A stretch of DNA of 64,000 bases, from contig OZ024742.1 of assembly GCA_964016885.1 (NCBI GenBank), positions 117,056,001 through 117,120,000 on the forward strand. Reading direction: 5' to 3'. Position 1 is the stretch's first letter; each line of letters begins with the position of its first letter. The notes below the pieces were generated by a model. The model was not told the DNA's origin. It ran no database searches and was given only the letters and a program-made list of their open reading frames with translations. A program made the position numbers and the translations under genes. Of the stretch, positions 24,559 through 37,934 are shown piece after piece. Source of the DNA: Eledone cirrhosa (lineage: Eukaryota).

Positions 24559-26476
24559 GTTGTGTAGTGTGTACTAATGAAATGATTGTTTGACTTATAA
24601 CTAGCATCAACAAGAGAGTGCAATAACAGATACCTGACAACATTTACAGTATTCATCTTTATCTTAATTCTATGTCCATTTTCTATGCTTGCATTGGTTA
24701 GATAGATTTTCAGGCTACAAGGCCAGACAGATCAGATGAGCACATCTTGCTTATACAATCTGTTTTTTGGTCTAGGTACTTCCGTCTGGATACCTTTCCT
24801 AACAGTAACCTCCTTACAGAGTTGACTGGGAGCTTTTTGGCATGTCTCCAACTTGACTACCATACTGGGTGAATTGGGTGCATTTTTCTCATGACACAAG
24901 CATGAACACCTTACAGAATGAAATGGGTCATAGCACCTGTATACCCACCCTACAGGATCAACTGTAATAGCACCAATACAACCACTTCTTTAGATAATGT
25001 GAAGTAAATTTTAATCTTCTTTTGATATCTTAATTAATCATTTACCTCCTTTAAACTTGTACACCTTTTCATCATCATCATTGTCACCATTAGTTATATG
25101 CCCATTTTTCTATACTGGCATGACTCAAACAAGATTTGTCCTTCCTAATGCTAACATTTACTTGTTTTCAAGTATGGTACTTGAAAACCTGTAGCATACC
25201 CACCCACTTATTACTATTTGTCAATCTGCTGAACTGTGGGACATAAACAAACATCACTGGTTGCCCAATGTGAAGATACATACATACATACATTCATACA
25301 TACATACATAATGATGGCTGCAACTTGATTTCAAGTAATGCTATAGCTTGACATCTGAGCATGAGCAGCACGGACATGGCATTTTAGTCCTGCTAGGGAC
25401 TTGCACACTCTTGCACCAATGCTGCAACAATGGAGGCATCCTGCAGTAGGTGTTACAGTCTTGTTTTGGTGCACTTTCAAATGATGTTTCAGTCCACCAA
25501 CATACATACATACATATATGATAGACTTTCCATCTCCTAACTTTTACTTGCAAGTTACTAGCAAGCCACGATTTAAAGTAAAATACACCAACTTGCCCAA
25601 AGTACCATGAAGTATCTTCGAACTCAAAACAATGTGGTTGTAAAGTGAATTTCTTAACTACGCACCAATGTCTGCAATTATTTCAAATGTAATAAATCAT
25701 TATTCAAAGCTGTTGAATATTTATTCTACCTTGGTTAGGATTAAAGTTATATTTTTCTCTTTTTAAACTTTTATCTCATGTGTCATTTAGCTTGTCTTCT
25801 ATTTTCTAAAGAAAAATGATCATAAGGATTTTTTAAAATTTAATAATAATAATTGTTTATCAATAATTTTGATAAATTTCAGCATGTAATAAATCTTTAT
25901 TGGATTACAATATTGTCCTTTTACCATTCATCAAAAAATGCTTTGTAGATGGAATCTGTGTAGAAATTTAAAAATTTCATCTCTCCTACAGATTTCCTCC
26001 TTGTCGTCTGCTTTTGCTATTCATATATTTTTCAACTGTTACATTGAATGAAATATGTTATCTACAATCTATTTCAATATTCATTATTATCATCTTCATC
26101 ACCATGACCATCATCATTATTTTCTTTTAATCTTTTTATTAAGAGCTGCAACATCATATCAAATATGTCATCAAAATGTATGAGTATATATATATAATGA
26201 AAAAAAAACAATTATCTGATCAATTTCAATATTATAACAAATGAAAGAAAAAAAAGATGATTTTTCAATCAAATTATCAATTTTTCTCATGCATAGTGTT
26301 GTTGTAAAACATTATAATCATTGGCTGTTGTACCTTGATAAAAATAAAATGGCAGTAATTTAAGTGTTGATTTTTGAAATTATCTATGGGAAAAAAAATA
26401 GAAATTTGATTTATAAATATTATATCACTCCTTCATCACTTAACACTTCCTATCTTCTTCTCTTTCTTTCACTTTG

Positions 26477-26477
<1 letters not shown>

Positions 26478-26524
<47 letters not shown>

Positions 26525-26730
26525 TCTCTCTCTCTTTCTCTTTCTCTCACTCTCTCTCTCTCTCACTGGTGCTTTCCTATCACACACTCTCTCTCCTCTG
26601 GCCTACTCTCTCTCTCCCTCTCTCTCTCTCTCTGGTGCTTTCCTATCACACACTCTCTCTTCTGGCCTACTCTCTCTCTCTCACTCCCTACCCCCTCTCT
26701 CTCTCTATCTATCTATCTCTCTATCTATCT
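26478..26730. repeat. (CT)n-rich microsatellite with an internal ~65-bp duplication
   Basis: CTGGTGCTTTCCTATCACACACTCTCT...CTGGCCTACTCTC occurs twice. Confidence 0.92.
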
Positions 26731-27429
26731 TTCATTACCTTGTCTTTGATCTCCTTTCAATATTGTCCTCGTCTAATATTCTTGCTTCTAACATCCTATC
26801 ACTTGAGCTCACATCCATTATCCTCCACTCTATCACAATTCTATCCTTCTCTGATTCTCTTCTATCATTTCCTCTGACTCCCACCACACATCTTTACTTG
26901 AGTAGTAATTATACTGTTGCTACAACCATTTACAGCAATATGTAATAGACAGAAACTATCAACTACATCAGGTAAACTATTTAAACAGTTCATGATCTTT
27001 ACTTCAAGCGTGCTTTTATTGCTAGCTATTCTGATCTGGGATGCAGGCCCCATGTAGGAAAAATTTTAATATAAAGCAATTTTATTAATTAAATATGTTT
27101 TAAATTTCTGAATCTTACATCATTTCCTGTTAAAACCAAATATATTCTTAACTAGCAGACTGGCCCAGCGTTGCTCGGGATTCTAAACATAGATTGGCAT
27201 GTTTATCACTCCTTTCTGAAACAGTACAGAGAAATACGGAATACCTCGGCTTGGGGATGGTGTCTACATTTTGTGCTTATAAAAATTATTCGTCGTAGAT
27301 TACCAGGGGTTTAACTGAGAGTAAAATGTTCAACCCACGAAAGCAAAGACAGGTTAAGTAAAAGGGTTAAGTAAAAAGGCATTCAACAAAGTATATATAT
27401 ATATTTATAAATATATTATATATATATAT

Positions 27430-27690
27430 ATCATCATTTCATCATTTCATTTTACATCCGATTTTCCCTGCTTGCAAGGGTGGGACGGGAACAGATTCTG
27501 GCTTGATTTCTACAGTTGGATGCCCTTCCTAACACCAACCCTATCATCTCATTTCTACAGCTGAGGAAACTGGAGCAATGTGAAATAAAGTGTCTTGCTC
27601 AAGGAAACAACACATCACCCGGTCTGAGAATTGAAATCACAATCTTTCAATTGCAAGGCCAATGCTCTAACCACTAAGCCATCTGCCTCC
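27430..27690 (-). mobile_element. CORE-like SINE family B (short-tail variant, internally deleted)
   Basis: Head at 27690. Joins ACACCAACC directly to CTATCATCTC, lacking ~80 bp present in the neighbouring copies. Confidence 0.88.
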
Positions 27691-27822
27691 ATATATATAT
27701 AATACATATATATATTATATATATATATATATTATATATATATATATTATATATGTATTATATATATATTATATATATATTATATATTATATATATATTA
27801 TATATATATTATATATATGTAT

Positions 27823-28126
27823 TCATCATTTCATCATCATTTCATTTTACGTTCGCTCTTTCCCTGCATGCAACGGTGTGACGGGAACTGATACTGGCTT
27901 GATTTCTACAGCTGGATGCCCTTCCTAACACCAACCTCATTTACAGTGAGTGCTGGGTGCTTTTTTGCCGTGGCACCTCCACGACCACTTTACAGTGGAA
28001 TGATATGGACCCCAGTCCCTATCATCTCATTTCTACAGCTGAGTAAACTGGAGCAATGTGAAATAAAGTGTCTTGCTCAAGGAAACAACACATCACCCGG
28101 TCTGAGAATTGAACTCACAAAGCCAT
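27823..28126 (-). mobile_element. CORE-like SINE family B (short-tail variant, head partly deleted)
   Basis: Near-identical reverse complement of 28227-28527. Confidence 0.9.
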
Positions 28127-28158
<32 letters not shown>

Positions 28159-28181
28159 ATATTATATATGTATATATATTA

Positions 28182-28527
28182 GGAGGCACATGGCTTAGTG
28201 GTTAGAGCATTGGCCTTGCAATCAAAAGGTTGTGAGTTCAATTCTCAGACCGGGTGATGTGTTGTTTCCTTGAGTAAGACACTTTATTTCACATTGCTCC
28301 AGTTTACTCAGCTGTAGAAATGAGATGATAGGGACTGGGGTCCATATCATTCCACTGTAAAGTGGTCGTGGAGGTGCCACGGCAAAAAAGCACCCAGCAC
28401 TCACTGTAAATGAGGTTGGTGTTAGGCAGGGCATCCAGCTGTAGAAATCAAGCCAGAATCAGTTCCCGTCCCACCCTTGCAAGCAGGGAAAAAGCAGACG
28501 TAAAAATGAAATGATGAAAATGATGAT
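28182..28527 (+). mobile_element. Full-length CORE-like SINE family B (short-tail variant)
   Basis: GGAGGCACATGGCTTAGTGGTTAGAGCATTGGCCTTGCAATC...GAGTTCAATTC, core, and tail ending ATGATGAAAATGATGAT. Confidence 0.92.
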
Positions 28528-28648
28528 TATATATATATACTATATATATTTATTATATACTATATATATATTTAGTAAGGGCGGTGCCCCAGCATGGCCT
28601 CAGCCGGATGGCTGAAACAGGTAAAAGAGTAAAAGAGTATATATATAT

Positions 28649-28732
28649 TGGAGGCATGGCTTAGTGGTTAGAGCATTGGCCTTGCAATCGAAAGGTTGTG
28701 AGTTCAATTCTCAGACCGGGTGATGTGTTGTT
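28649..28732 (+). mobile_element. Head-only fragment of SINE family B
   Basis: Same tRNA-like head, truncated after GATGTGTTGTT. Confidence 0.85.
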
Positions 28733-29279
28733 GCAATGATAAATTCTATTTTGCTTTAAAATTTGAACAAAATCGGTGGCAAAATGTGGGAGCTAAAGCC
28801 AAAAATCTTATTTTCGATACCTAAAAGAAGGTGACCCCGCTCGCTATCGATTTTTATCTGCAGAATGACTCCGGAATAAAAAAACGATACGCTGATATAT
28901 AGAAAACAGTCCCCAATGACTAATCTATGAGCCTGTAAAGTTTCATGAAAATCGGTCATAAGATGTAGGCCCCTATAGGTAATACACAGACACACACACG
29001 CACACACATACTTAATTTTATATATATACAGACACCTGATTTGTTGATGTGTAATGTTAAGATATGCATCAAAGCCAGTCAAGAACCACTGGTCTATTAC
29101 ATTTGAATTCTTGGTTCTCTATCTATAAGCCAGAGATCACATGACACTTTTTGAATTCTCATTGTTTGCGTCAACTACAAAGTTTTGAGTTCTTTAAACT
29201 TACATCCTTTTGTGAATGTGTGAGGCTTCCTGGTTAGGGTGTTTGACTCAAAATTATAAGGATGGGAGATAGCAGGCAA

Positions 29280-29870
29280 CTTTGTCTCAGATCTAAGTGT
29301 TCTTGTCAGAGGGTCTTCTGACAGATCATGTTAAAGTTGATTATACTGAAGTGTGTAAGCATTTGATACACTTTTGCTTTTTCAATTATCTTCCTCACTA
29401 TAAAAATTGCATCAACTCTACCTTTACTGCAGATTACGTAACCAGGTTTTCCATGACATCCTCATTTGTGATGGGATTGTGCCAAGAAATCCTAAGGCAA
29501 AGTCTATGCAAGGCATCTACAGATTCTACTGTCTGTTTGTTTATGTCTGACAAGCATAGGTTGTCATTGACACACTGATTGATGTAAACAAGGAGAACTT
29601 TGTGTTTTGGCAAAAGGAGAAGTTGAATCATACAGGCTTCAGGTGCTGAAAGACAACTGTAGTTTTGCTGAGTCTTATTTCCACATCAGTTCTTGTGATG
29701 TCATCTTTAGTGCTAATACTGCTCAGATATGTGACAGCATAGACATTCTCCAGAGTCTGGTCTCCCATTTGAACAGGTTGATGTTGTGCCTCATCAAACA
29801 CATCATTGGTCTATTCAATGTTGATTTTAAAATCAACCTTTGAGCTGCTATTGCTAAAACTAGTGCTCAT
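29280..29870 (-). pseudogene. Decayed RTE/BovB-like LINE C-terminal fragment
   Basis: VDALHRLCLRISWHNPITNEDVM resembles the RCLR.IL.I.W...ITNEEV motif. Upstream TLENVYAVTYLSSI. Confidence 0.6.
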
Positions 29871-30203
29871 AAAAAGACTCAGGCATGGTATATATATATA
29901 TATATATATCACCATCATCATCATCATCATTATATAACATATTCTTTCCCTGATAGCAAGTTTTGGACAAGTCTACATAGACCAAGTCAGTACTGTAGTG
30001 GGACCACTGACATCCAAGACAGACAAAGGAGGTCTGTATTCCACTTATGTAAAGTAATTATCATGTGCAGAGGAGAAGTTATCATCTTTTGGCACAAACT
30101 GAAGGATCCTACTAGCCACTTGTTTGGCAAGCATTCTATGGCTAGATGCCCCTTCTATCATCAACCACTTCGCAGCCTGTACTGTGTGTGTTTATCATGT
30201 AGA

Positions 30204-30537
30204 AGGGGTTCTCAACCTGGTCCATGTGGACCACTAGTGGTCCACAGTAAAATTCAGGTGGTCCACAAAAGATTTCGACAGCAAATTCTTTTTTGATCCA
30301 TGCATTTGACTTAAAGCGCTGTTCTTATTTTTCACATAATTACGACTTCAGCTGTTTATTTGCGTAGATTTTTAGGCACTGCGACATGATAATAGCATTT
30401 TCTAATTCATTGAAAAAAGCATCTACTGATGCTTATAAGTAGCATTCTATTACAAAAGATTTAAAAGTTTAGGTGGTCCACAGGAAAAAATTACTTATTA
30501 TGGTGGTCCACAGTGAAAAAAAGGTTGAGAACCCCTG
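30204..30537. mobile_element. hAT-type MITE inserted in an RTE-tail-related element
   Basis: TIRs AGGGGTTCTCAACC / GGTTGAGAACCCCTG. TSD ATGTAGAT on the right (30538-30545) and ATGTAGA on the left. The homologous host sequence at ~19205-19225 lacks the insert. Confidence 0.85.
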
Positions 30538-32412
30538 ATGTAGATCACCAACACTAGAGAAGTCCTTGTATCTTTGACACAGCTGAAGGGTCCTCTCAAC
30601 CCTTTTAGGTACGTTTTCTACAGTGTGATGCTGTTCCTGTTGCCAACTACCCATAAGGAGTGCATTTTGGTGGCACCATCACTCGAGAGATTGTTGGTCA
30701 TAGACCCAAAATTAGAGCCCATTCAGCTCTGGGGACGGAGCATTAGGGGATGGAGATAGGTATAAAGTTATAAGTGTTTGTGATGATGGGTATGGGAGGC
30801 TTATTACTATATGGGGATGTAGTGACGTGGGGGATTTGCTGGGGTAAATGGTGGTAATGGGGGAGGGGGGAACAAGGGGTAGACAGTAGCAACTAGGATG
30901 CAATGGTGATGATATCAAAGGTCTTTAGGGGGTAATAGTTAGGGTTGAAAAAGGGGTAGAGAGAGTAGCTACTCAGGTGCGGTTGTGAGGATAAATGGTG
31001 GGGTGTGATAGTGGGAGGAAAGGGTAGTGTCTCATGGATGGGTCAGGTTAAATTGTATGCTTCTGGCTGGATCTTCATAATCGTAGTATAGAGACAGCAA
31101 TCTCTATCATTTGTCACTTCAATTGTGAGGTTTAGTTTCTTAAGGTTTTATATATATATATATAAGACCCTTGCAACCAGAGAAAAGTGGACGTAAAATG
31201 ATGATGATGATGATGATGATGAGCAAGATATGGACACCTGACATTGTCTGACATTGTAAGGTGACAGACCATCTAATTCCTGCATATATGGAAAATAATT
31301 GTTATATCATACCATGCCATAATCCCTTAACTTGAGGTAGAGTTTTAGGGGTTCAATCTTTACATACAGTGTGTATTGGGCATTTTAAACTTAGCAGAGA
31401 CCATCCCTCTCCAGGTTAAAAACAGCCAAATACAGAGAGAGAAAGAGAAGTGAGAAAGAAATATAGAGGAAGATTCAACCCCCCCGTATTGAACTGAAAT
31501 GTTATTTATTGACCTCAAAAAGATGAAAAGCTAATTTTACCTCAGTGAGAATTGAACTCACAATGCTGAGAGTAAAAAAAATGGCATATTCACACATAAA
31601 TATATATATCATCCTTTTCATACATGTATATATACACTTATATGATTATGTCTATATATATTACTGATGCACATGCATGTTATGCACATAAGTGTGTGTT
31701 ATACAGAAACTAAAGATAATATAGTTTTATCTCTTGTGACAAATAAATCAATATGTGAGAAACTAATATTTATTTGTTTTATGCATGACATTATGAATAA
31801 CACACAACTGAAATTCAAAAGACAATAAAGAATAAAGCTGATTGTTATAGTTGTTCCAATTTGGCCTATTTTCAATTTTCTCTGATGTTATTCAAATACA
31901 ACTAACTGAAATGTTTCAGTCCTCATTAACTGAGTGAAAAATACTTCAAAAATGAATAAGTTAAACATCTCATATACGTTTAACATTTGAAAATAGATAT
32001 ACATGCATCAAATTCAATAATTAATTCATGTAACAGAAAATATGAAGTTAGTACTATATACACATGCATGTATGGCACTGTATTTATATGCTTGTATGGT
32101 TATGTATATGTATGTATGTGGGGTTGTATATATGTATATATACCACACAAGGTATTTCTATTTGAATGCACTGGCTTTTCATTCTTCTTGCCAATGTTTA
32201 CATATTCCACCATTAAACCATACAAAACACACACACATACACATATCCTCGTCTCTTAACATCCGTTTTCACTGCCAATTCAGGTTGAATATATATTACA
32301 CATGTACACACATATGTTGGAATTCTCCAAAGTTTCCATCTACTAAATACCACCCACATGGTATTGGGCTACATGAGGCTATTGTAGAAGAAACCTGTCC
32401 TATGTGTCATAT

Positions 32413-32602
32413 AATTGTTTCTACTTTTGGCACAAGGCCAGCAATTACCCAGTACATTACTGGTACTTTATTTTATCGACCCCGTAAGAATGAAAGGCAA
32501 AGTTAACCTAGGCGGGATTTGAATTCAGACCATAAAGGGCCGTAACTCTATGCTGCAAAGCATGGCGTCTGACCCTCTACCGATACTGCCAATCCACCTC
32601 CC
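32413..32602 (-). mobile_element. SINE family A
   Basis: Reverse complement of the family A head, body and tail. Confidence 0.85.
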
Positions 32603-32901
32603 TATGTATCATATAATAGAAGTGAACCAGGTAAAACATGGTTATAAAGCAAACTCATACCCACATGTGTGTCTTATATGTTAAAAATTAGTTGTTCAGA
32701 TTTCATCTATTGATATACAAATTACATTTAATTACTGTCATCTTGTAGATATTCGGTCTGTTCCTTAGCAACATGATGTGGCAATTTTAAAAAGAAAATA
32801 TTCCACAAACACATTTTTAAAAAGAAAATATTCCACAAACACATATATATATATATATATATATGGAACTTCAACCTTAATTTTAACTATATGATGATGA
32901 A

Positions 32902-33130
32902 CATCATCATCGTTTAACGTCTATCTTCCATGCTAGCATGGGTTTAGACGGGAATTGTCTCACTTGAGGCAAGATTGGTCGTCTCGCTCATATGGGACTG
33001 TCTGGCAGGTTTTCTACGGCTGGATGCTCTTCCTAACACCAACCACGTTTACAGTGTGGACTGGGAGGATTTTACCGTGTTACCTACACGGCCACATTAC
33101 AGCGTGGACTGTGTGTTTTTTTGTCATGAC
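32902..33130 (-). mobile_element. RTE 3' UTR-only fragment
   Basis: Close match to 40190-40430 and 59330-59530, with a (CAT)n tail. Confidence 0.88.
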
Positions 33131-34654
33131 ATATATATTGGCAGCATGACACTCCCAAAGTATAACAATATATATATACACAGTGAATTGGCTGAGTCAT
33201 TAGAACATCAGATAGAATGCTTTATGATATTCATTCTGGCTCTCTGCTCTTTGAGTTCAAATCCCACCGAGGTCAAGTTTGCCTTTCATCATTTCAAGAT
33301 GGATAAAAAAAAAATGTACCAGTCTAGTGCTGGGGTCAATTCTTCCTCTCTCTGGAAGAAATCTTCTGTATTCAAGACTGGAGAGGGATGGGCTTTGCCT
33401 GGCTTAAAATGCCCAAGAAACACTGGGCTTTGAAACCTTAGGTAGGGCTTTTGATCCATGTATGAACATAAATTAATAATATAACAACTGTACTAATTAA
33501 TCACAGTGCAATTCTTTAATTCTTTAATTGTTCTTCTAATTATATTCTCATATATATTATTTTTGCATTCTTTGTATAAGTTTGTTATGTCTTCTGTTTT
33601 TCTACATCATTTAGTAATATTTGTCTCACAAAAGGCATCACATGTTATTGCCAACACTCATTATAATGTTCCATCTCGTCTTCTTTCTCACTACCCATAT
33701 TGTGTATCTCACTACCATCCTCATACAAACTATATTTCCAATCTTTCTTCCACAGTGTATAAACTCTCTGTGATTCCTTTACCATTATGTCCCTTGCAGT
33801 CATTGAATTAGAGCTGCTCAAAGTGAATGTCAACTGCATTCATTGACAGTGGATTATCAGAATCATTAGAGTATTATTATTTAATCCTGACCCTTTATGT
33901 TCTAAGTTCAAATCCTGCTGAGATCAATCTTTTTAGGGCTGTCTGGAACTATATTATCTAATACATCTTACATTTGTTATTTAGTACAATGAGATTTAAT
34001 TTGAAAATGTGACTGCTATTTCTAGCATGCTAAATATTGAGTACATTAATGTTCCTTTGTTTAAGTATGTACCTCTTTAGCTTCTAGACCTTGTCACTAT
34101 CGGCTGTCAAAGTGCAATGCAGAATTGATGAGAATTTCCTTAGGTTGTTGCTCTGATCATAGAAATTTGTTCTGTAAAGTTTGAAGGTGTGACTGTGTTT
34201 AAGAAATTCATTTCATAATCATGTGGTTTTAGGTTATTCACACAGCAGGGGACATTGAGCAAGCATAGTTTCTGAGTAGAATTTGGCAGATATTGAGCAA
34301 AAGTTAGTTATATGTGTGTGCACATGCATGCGTGCATATGTGCATGCTTGTATGTATGTATCAGCATCATTGAATTTTATGTCCATTTTTTTCACATTCT
34401 CATGGGTTGGATAGGTCCTTTTCTACACAGCATCCCTCCACTTGTTGCGTTCTTTCATCATCATCGCTGTGATTCTCAGCGATTTGAGATCAGCTCTCAT
34501 CACCTCCACACACATCTTCATTGGTATAGACATGTGATGTGCATGGATGATTATCACTGGGGGAAGAAGTGCTAAGAAATGCCAGTGGTAGTATTGTTAT
34601 TATAAAACTAAAATTAATTTAGAATCAAGAGTCATCATTGTACTTGTCATGCTT

Positions 34655-35990
34655 TTTATGTTTATTTGTCTATGCTTGCATAGGCTAGATGTGTCTTTTC
34701 AGCACTGCATCTCTTCACACATTATGATCATTCATCATATCCACTGTGTTTTTCAGCAATTTAAGATCAGTTCTCACCACCTCTGCTCAGGTCTTCTACG
34801 GTGGCTTCCTTTCACTGGTATTTCTTAGCACATCTTCACCCAGTGATAATCATCCATGCACATCACATGTCTATATCAATGCAGTCTCTTCTCTTGCACA
34901 CCACTTTGGATTCCTCTTAAGCCCAGGTTCTCCCTCAGTTCATCCAAGCTCTGCCTTTTTTCTCACATTTACATTACACATTCAACAAAGTATGGTAGCT
35001 TTATTTCTCTTCAGCCTACACGCGTCCTTTGCAGTCACTGCTCATGTTTCACTACCATGCAGAATCGCACCAAACACAGGTGTCATACAGCTGTCTTATT
35101 GTATCTAGAGAAAAAACTTTTGATGTTAACAGTGAGAGTAGCTCTCTAAACTTCTTCCATCCTATCCTTCTTCTAGCTATTATGCACCCTCCGCCACTGA
35201 GCTTGTCAGTAAACGTTTCTCATAGATCCTATCAGTTTGTTCTTTACTCAGTTCTGTCTGAATTGCATATGTTGATGTAATTCTAATTATTATTTTCTAC
35301 AGTTATTCTAAGCTTGAGAATTCTGTCACTTACTCTAACTACCTCTATCATTTTATGTACACATTTCTCAGCTAGTAGAATGCCTACACCACCTACCCAT
35401 TGTCATTTCCTGCCCAGCAAATTTTGTATCTGTGTTGATTTTCTGTAAGTAGTCTCACTGAGGGACTCCTCCAACTCACCTCTTGTACATAGCATACATC
35501 CACTTCTCTCCTCTCTAACAGCTCCACAATTTCACCTTCCAGGTGCCAACAATGAGAGTGGCTGTCCTGAGATTTGTAACTTGACAGTGGTTAGTTCTTT
35601 GAGTAGCTGTTCTTTGTAGCTGTAAGAGGAAAAGGCTGCATAATTGCTTGATGACAGTCAAGGGGTTCTCACACATGGCTACACTAGTCACCCCACTACC
35701 ATCTGCAGCACTAACATGAGAATCTTATGTGTTGTACTTTCCATAATTTATAGAGGAATTGAGTACATTATTCAAGCCACCAGCACTAGAGTTTATCATC
35801 CTGGATGCAGGAGTCCCCTTCACTATATATCAGTTTTTATTCAGTGTCTACTTTCCTAGATCAGGCTGGATTCATTACAATCTAATAGTCCATGTCTGTG
35901 CAGTTGTGTTTATTGAAAGTCACTGCCCTCCTAGATGGGCTGCCTTCATTTATGGTTACAGGGTCCATGCCTGTACTGTGCAGTTGTGTT
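34655..35990 (-). pseudogene. Internally deleted old RTE LINE (5' UTR, APE endonuclease N-terminus, RT C-terminus, tail)
   Basis: Minus strand reads VDVCYVQEVSWRS...LTENQHRYKICWAGNDNG*VGVGIL (35350-35560) and ILHGSET*AV (~35030-35065). The 5' region is shared with 54160-54610. Confidence 0.72.
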
Positions 35991-36479
35991 ATATATATAT
36001 GTGTGTGTGTTTAAGTATGCATACATGCTAGGGTGAGAAATAAAATTATAATTTTATTTTTATATATATGTTTATATATATGTTTGGTTGAAATTGTTTT
36101 GGTAAAAACAAGAGCAGAGAAATAAATATTATCCTACTTCTCATCCTCATCAACATCATTTAACATCCATTTTCCCTGTAAAGAAGGGTTGAATGTGTCA
36201 TAACAAGCCAAATCAGCAATTAATTATTTATCTTGCTTACATACATTCCTGCATTCTACAGATTGCACCCTATATTTTATTGAGGCACTATTTAACAGCT
36301 ATTTTTTTCTATGCTTGTATGGGTTGGATGGGTTATTATATTATGAGTCGAGTCAGCTCAGGTGACCATATCTTGCTGATATGGATCTGTATTTTGGTTA
36401 TGACCTTGGTTACAGATCGATTTACATAGATGTGAGTTATTGCTATTTATGTACAGACTTGTTTGTAAACTCTATGCTG

Positions 36480-37565
36480 TTTGCAATGCAGGAAAATACG
36501 GTACATAATAAGTTTTGTGTGAAAATAAACAAATCTGCCACCAAAATATTTAATACAAGCTTATAAGAGATGCCCCTCTATTAAAAAGTGAGATTTTTAA
36601 GTGGCACAAAGTTTTAAAAGAGGGCCAAGAAAATGTTGAAAAGTAACCTGATTCTGGAAGGTCAGTCTCATCATGATGAAAATATGAAGGGGTGCGAATG
36701 GTGATGGAAAAGATTGCTGATTAAGTGTGATGATGATTGCAGAAGAAAAAGGCTTGAATAAAGATACAATTCACAGAATTTTAACAAACCATTTGCACAT
36801 TAAAAAAATTTGTGCAAAATTAGTGCCCAAACACTTGTCTGTGGAGCAAAATTGAACCAATTGGAAATATGTCAGGATTTGCTAAGACTAAAAAATTGAG
36901 CCAAATTTCTTGAATCAAATGATAACAGGAAATGTATCATGGCTGTTCGAGTATGATCCAGTTATAAAATGACAAATGAGGAGTGGCATACGAAAAATTC
37001 TCCTCATCCGAAGAAAGCACACATAAGCAAATCTAGGGTGAAAATGATGATTATCATTTTTCAACAGCCATGGTATTGTTCACAAAAAATGTTTACCTCC
37101 AGGACAGACAATTAATCACACCTATAAAGATATCTTGAAATGACTTCGAAAATAGTTCCAGCAAATCTGAAAGGACATTGCATGAGATTGGGCACTGCAT
37201 CGCAATAACATACCTATTCACACAGCACTTTCAATTAGAGAATTTCTAGCAAAGAAAAATATTCCTACTTTTCCATATCCTCCCTAGAGTCCAGATCTTG
37301 CTCCATGTGATTTCTACCTAAGTTGAAATCAAAGTTGAGGGGTCATCATTTTGGGACTGTGGAAAACATACAAAAAATTATAACCAACTAGTTAAGGATA
37401 CTCACAGAAAATGACTTACGGTACTGCTACGATCAATCGAAAAATCTTTGGAACCACTATGTACCAACCCAAGGGTTGTGTTTTAAAGGAGATAATTGTA
37501 GCTTCATGTAACTCTAATATACATTTAAATAAAACATCAGAACCTTACTTTTGGGACAAACCTCG
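36480..37565 (+). pseudogene. Mariner-family transposase relic with right TIR
   Basis: KFCVKINKSATK (HTH start), KICAKLVPKHL, ITGNVSWLFEYDP, LHRNNIPIHTA and YPP*SPDLAPCDFY. Ends CTTACTTTTGGGACAAACCTCG followed by TA. Many stops and frameshifts; left TIR not found. Confidence 0.9.
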
Positions 37566-37934
37566 TACATACATAGAAGCATGCATGTGTCTGTGTGTTT
37601 GTGTGTGTGTTTTTCTAATTGTGTGTCTTTTGTCAATGCGTATCAGTAAGGTAAACTGGCATTTTTCCCAACGTGTCCTGCACTATTTTTTCTGTACCAT
37701 GTGAATCATTGAGGCAATATACATATTTTGAAAATGTGCCAGTTAAGGTGCCTCTATGTAGTCACACAACCTGCTAGAAATATCAGCTAAATCATCTTCA
37801 TCCCACACTCTAACAGTGAGATTTTCAACTTTTTTACATTGATAATTCAGTTTTTAAAACTAAATTATTTTGTGTCACATTAAATTTTGTTAATGACATG
37901 AAATTAAAAAAATTAATAAATAACCAATTAAATA

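Larger units (their letters stand above)
27152..29028 (-). mobile_element. Putative non-autonomous Helitron interrupted by a nested SINE cluster
   Basis: Minus-strand 3' end has a GC-rich imperfect hairpin (CCCAGCGTTGCTCGGG, 27164-27179), then CTAG (27152-27155) followed by T. The opposite end reads TATATATATAAAATTAAG...GTGTGTCTGTG at ~28985-29028. Confidence 0.55.

Noticed and set aside
26364-26945. 193-aa ORF
   Set aside because: Ser/Leu repeats from a (CT)n microsatellite; no domain signal.
28182-28255. tRNA gene (A/B boxes, CTTGCAA anticodon-like loop)
   Set aside because: No acceptor-stem closure, and it continues into a SINE core. It is a multi-copy SINE head.
27916-28434. Two near-identical ORFs on opposite strands suggesting a gene pair
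   Set aside because: They are antisense readings of the inverted SINE copies.
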